Assembly: GCF_000621645.1 (NCBI RefSeq)
Contig: NZ_JHXR01000017.1
Coordinates: 64,459-96,458, forward strand
Origin: Vibrio cholerae ATCC 14035
GTDB lineage: Bacteria; Pseudomonadota; Gammaproteobacteria; Enterobacterales; Vibrionaceae
Direction: 5' to 3'
Length of the DNA stretch: 32,000 nt
Each line of letters starts with the position of its first letter. Position 1 is the first letter of the stretch. The notes under the pieces were generated by a model. The model searched no databases. It saw only the letters and a program-made list of their open reading frames with translations, and was not told where the DNA came from. Shown one piece after another: positions 28,752 through 32,000 of this stretch. The position numbers and the translations under genes were made by a program.

Positions 28752-29909
28752 TTATTTTAGACCAGCGAAGTCACGCAGTAGCGCGGCTTTGTCGGTGGCT
28801 TCCCAAGGGAACTCTTCGCGGCCGAAGTGACCGTAAGCTGCGGTTTTCTTGTAGATAGGTTGCAGCAGGTTCAGCATCTCTTGCAGACCGTATGGACGCA
28901 GATCGAAGAACTGGCGAACGGCTTCAATGATGATCTCTTGCGACACTTTCTCAGTACCGAAAGTTTCCACCATGATCGACGTTGGATCCGCGACACCGAT
29001 AGCATAAGAGAGTTGGATTTCACAACGATCAGCCATACCCGCCGCAACGATGTTTTTCGCAACGTAACGTGCTGCGTAAGCCGCTGAACGGTCAACCTTG
29101 GATGGATCCTTACCAGAGAATGCACCACCACCGTGACGCGCTGCGCCGCCGTAGGTATCAACGATGATCTTACGACCGGTCAGACCACAGTCACCCATTG
29201 GGCCACCAATCACAAAACGACCGGTTGGGTTGATGAAGTATTTGGTCTCTTTGCTCAACCATTCTGCTGGCAGAACTGGCTTGATGATCTCTTCCATTAC
29301 CGCTTCACGCAGATCTGCGGTAGAGATTGAATCACTGTGTTGAGTCGACAGAACTACAGCATCAATACCTACGATCTTGCCTTGGTCATACTGGAAGGTC
29401 ACCTGAGATTTCGCATCAGGGCGCAGCCATGGCAGTGTGCCATTTTTACGAACTTCAGCTTGGCGCTGCATCAGACGATGCGCATAGGTGATCGGTGCTG
29501 GCATCAGCACTTCAGTTTCGTTGGTTGCATAACCAAACATGATGCCTTGGTCGCCCGCGCCTTGCTCTTTAGGATCGGCTTTATCAACACCTTGGTTGAT
29601 GTCTGGCGATTGTTTACCTATGGTGTTCAGTACCGCACAAGAGTTGGCATCGAAGCCCATGTCTGAGTGCACGTAACCAATTTCACGAACAGTTTGACGA
29701 GTAATCTCTTCGATATCAACCCAAGCGGAAGTCGTGATTTCACCGCCCACCATCACCATGCCAGTTTTTACGTAAGTTTCGCAAGCAACGCGAGCTTTAG
29801 GATCTTGCTCAAAAATCGCGTCCAACACTGCATCAGAGATCTGGTCTGCAATTTTATCTGGATGGCCTTCTGATACCGATTCTGAAGTAAACAGGTGCTT
29901 AATCGCCAT
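28752..29909 (-). CDS. metK: S-adenosylmethionine synthase
   Basis: 385 aa with strongly conserved MetK sequence ([49 protein letters not shown]). Confidence 0.97.
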   Translation of the reverse strand: MAIKHLFTSESVSEGHPDKIADQISDAVLDAIFEQDPKARVACETYVKTGMVMVGGEITTSAWVDIEEITRQTVREIGYVHSDMGFDANSCAVLNTIGKQSPDINQGVDKADPKEQGAGDQGIMFGYATNETEVLMPAPITYAHRLMQRQAEVRKNGTLPWLRPDAKSQVTFQYDQGKIVGIDAVVLSTQHSDSISTADLREAVMEEIIKPVLPAEWLSKETKYFINPTGRFVIGGPMGDCGLTGRKIIVDTYGGAARHGGGAFSGKDPSKVDRSAAYAARYVAKNIVAAGMADRCEIQLSYAIGVADPTSIMVETFGTEKVSQEIIIEAVRQFFDLRPYGLQEMLNLLQPIYKKTAAYGHFGREEFPWEATDKAALLRDFAGLK

Positions 29910-30016
29910 GATAGCTCCAATATTTGTGGTTATTCGCTAACGTCTCAGTTCTTTTCGACCTATGGTTCGAGTCGCTTAGAGATAATGACGTTATCGATCA
30001 ATTTAGTACATTTTGT

Positions 30017-30040
30017 AGGCGTTTCTACATCTAGACGGCT
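30017..30040. promoter_or_regulatory. Candidate MetJ operator: three in-phase 8-bp met-box-like repeats upstream of metK
   Basis: AGGCGTTT CTACATCT AGACGGCT compared with the consensus AGACGTCT gives 6/8, 5/8 and 7/8 matches. It lies about 110-130 nt upstream of the metK ATG. metK is MetJ-controlled in E. coli. Confidence 0.3.
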
Positions 30041-30272
30041 ATTCTAGTATCGGGCGCTCAAATTACAAGCTCTTTTTCTATTTAGCGCATAACCAAACGT
30101 TTGCTTAAAAAAGTCAGCTTTGCCACTACAAAGCGAGAATGTGCTAAAAAGTGTGACAAAATCGGAGCAAAGCACCAGTAAATCGTTTGCAGCAGCAGGG
30201 GGGCTTTGCGACAATAGCCGCCACTGATTTTCCGCATCCATTCATTTCGCTTACTTCCCATTTAGGAGTCGA

Positions 30273-32000
30273 CATGTCTTCTCGCAAACAACTTGCCAAT
30301 GCTATCCGCGCCCTGAGCATGGACGGCGTTCAAAAAGCTAACTCTGGCCACCCGGGAGCCCCAATGGGCATGGCGGATATCGCCGAAGTGCTGTGGCGTT
30401 CACACTTAAACCACAACCCACAAAACCCAAACTGGGCTGACCGCGACCGTTTCGTACTGTCTAACGGCCACGGCTCTATGCTGATTTACTCGCTGCTACA
30501 CCTGAGCGGCTATGAGCTGTCGATTGACGATTTGAAAAACTTCCGTCAACTACACTCCAAAACACCGGGTCACCCAGAGTACGGTTATGCACCGGGCATC
30601 GAAACGACTACGGGCCCACTCGGCCAAGGCATCACCAATGCCGTAGGTATGGCGATTGCTGAAAAAGCACTGGCGGCGCAGTTCAACAAACCGGGTCACG
30701 ACATCGTTGACCACTTCACTTATGTGTTCATGGGTGACGGCTGTTTGATGGAAGGCATCTCGCACGAAGCGTGTTCACTGGCGGGCACACTTGGCCTTGG
30801 CAAACTGATTGCGTTCTGGGATGACAACGGTATCTCTATCGACGGCCACGTGGAAGGCTGGTTCTCAGACGACACACCAAAACGTTTTGAAGCGTACGGC
30901 TGGCACGTAATCCCAGCGGTTGATGGTCACGATGCAGACGCGATTAATGCAGCAATTGAAGCGGCGAAAGCAGAAACCTCTCGCCCAACGCTGATTTGTA
31001 CCAAAACCATCATCGGTTTCGGCTCTCCAAACAAAGCGGGCTCACACGACTGTCACGGCGCGCCTCTGGGCAACGATGAAATCAAAGCTGCACGTGAATT
31101 CTTGGGTTGGGAACACGCTCCGTTTGAAATCCCAGCGGACATCTACGCAGCGTGGGATGCAAAACAAGCAGGCGCAAGCAAAGAAGCCGCTTGGAATGAG
31201 AAATTCGCCGCTTACGCGAAAGCTTACCCAGCCGAAGCTGCTGAATACAAACGCCGCGTAGCGGGCGAGCTGCCAGCGAATTGGGAAGCCGCAACCAGCG
31301 AGATTATCGCTAACCTGCAAGCTAACCCTGCCAACATCGCATCGCGTAAAGCATCACAAAATGCGCTGGAAGCGTTCGGCAAACTGCTGCCAGAATTTAT
31401 GGGTGGTTCTGCTGACTTGGCGCCTTCTAACCTCACCATGTGGTCTGGCTCTAAGTCACTGACAGCAGAAGATGCGTCAGGCAACTACATCCACTACGGT
31501 GTGCGTGAGTTTGGTATGACGGCCATCATCAACGGTATCGCGCTGCACGGCGGTTTTGTCCCTTACGGTGCAACCTTCCTGATGTTTATGGAATACGCGC
31601 GTAACGCGATGCGTATGGCAGCACTGATGAAAGTGCAAAATATCCAAGTGTACACGCATGACTCTATCGGTCTGGGTGAAGATGGCCCAACTCACCAACC
31701 AGTTGAGCAAATCGCTTCTCTGCGTATGACACCAAACATGAGCACATGGCGCCCATGTGACCAAGTGGAATCGGCAGTGGCTTGGAAACTGGCCATCGAG
31801 CGTAAAGATGCGCCATCTGCGCTGATTTTCTCGCGTCAAAACCTTGCGCAGCAACCACGCAGCGCAGAGCAAGTCGCGAACATCGCTAAAGGCGGTTACA
31901 TCCTGAAAGATTGTGCAGGCCAACCTGAGCTAATTCTGATTGCAACAGGCTCTGAAGTGGAACTGGCGGTTGCCGCTTACGAGCAACTGAGCGCCGAAGG
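30273..32000 (+). CDS. tktA: Transketolase, N-terminal 576 codons; the gene continues past the right window edge
   Basis: Absent from the ORF track because it has no stop in the window. The ATG at 30273 is preceded by AGGAG. The translation is [41 protein letters not shown]...[13 protein letters not shown]...[19 protein letters not shown], which carries the ThDP-binding and transketolase signatures. Confidence 0.95.

Noticed and set aside
30044-30241. 65-aa minus-strand ORF in the metK-tktA intergenic region
   Set aside because: It has no ribosome-binding site and no recognisable motif. It lies in the divergent promoter region. Nothing supports coding beyond its length.
29910-30272. SAM riboswitch in the metK leader
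   Set aside because: I could find no four-way-junction SAM-I-like or SAM-II-like conserved segments. MetJ-type protein control is the expected mechanism in this lineage (see the candidate met boxes).
31042-31923. Several minus-strand ORFs of 70-148 aa near the right end of the window
   Set aside because: All are antisense to the unambiguous transketolase frame, which is open from 30273 to the window edge.

Overview
This window looks like a conserved housekeeping stretch of a Vibrio chromosome. The gene order and protein sequences fit Vibrio cholerae chromosome 1 (the apaG-rsmA ... metK-tktA neighbourhood), but that assignment is from memory and was not searched. I call 31 protein genes, all apparently intact. 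In order they are: apaG (partial), rsmA, pdxA, surA, lptD, djlA, one methyl-accepting chemotaxis protein (MCP), mltC, yggX, mutY, trmB, glsA, hemW, rdgB, a DUF4426-like exported protein, yggU, yggT, proC, yggS, pilT, pilU, an orphan LuxR-type regulator, tyrS, ruvX, yqgE, gshB, rsmE, endA (dns), sprT, metK and tktA (partial). apaG and tktA are missing from the ORF track because they run off the window edges. Several ORF-track starts are upstream TTG/GTG codons, and I moved those to better-supported ATG/GTG starts. There are nine minus-strand tRNA genes in two related operons that bracket the MCP gene. There are also three full copies and one remnant of an ERIC-type intergenic repeat, and several rho-independent terminators. 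I see no defence island, mobile element, CRISPR array, toxin-antitoxin pair or other multi-gene accessory system, so I do not claim a novel system. The points worth a second look are small: a tRNA-Asn copy with a 1-nt acceptor-stem deletion inside an otherwise identical tandem duplication; the MCP gene flanked by directly repeated tRNA operons; ERIC copies placed 1-3 nt after stop codons, one carrying an internal insertion; short repeat arrays next to the lptD start and upstream of the MCP gene; an interleaved double stem upstream of rsmE; a palindrome over the endA/dns promoter region; and the uncharacterised LuxR-type regulator downstream of pilTU.
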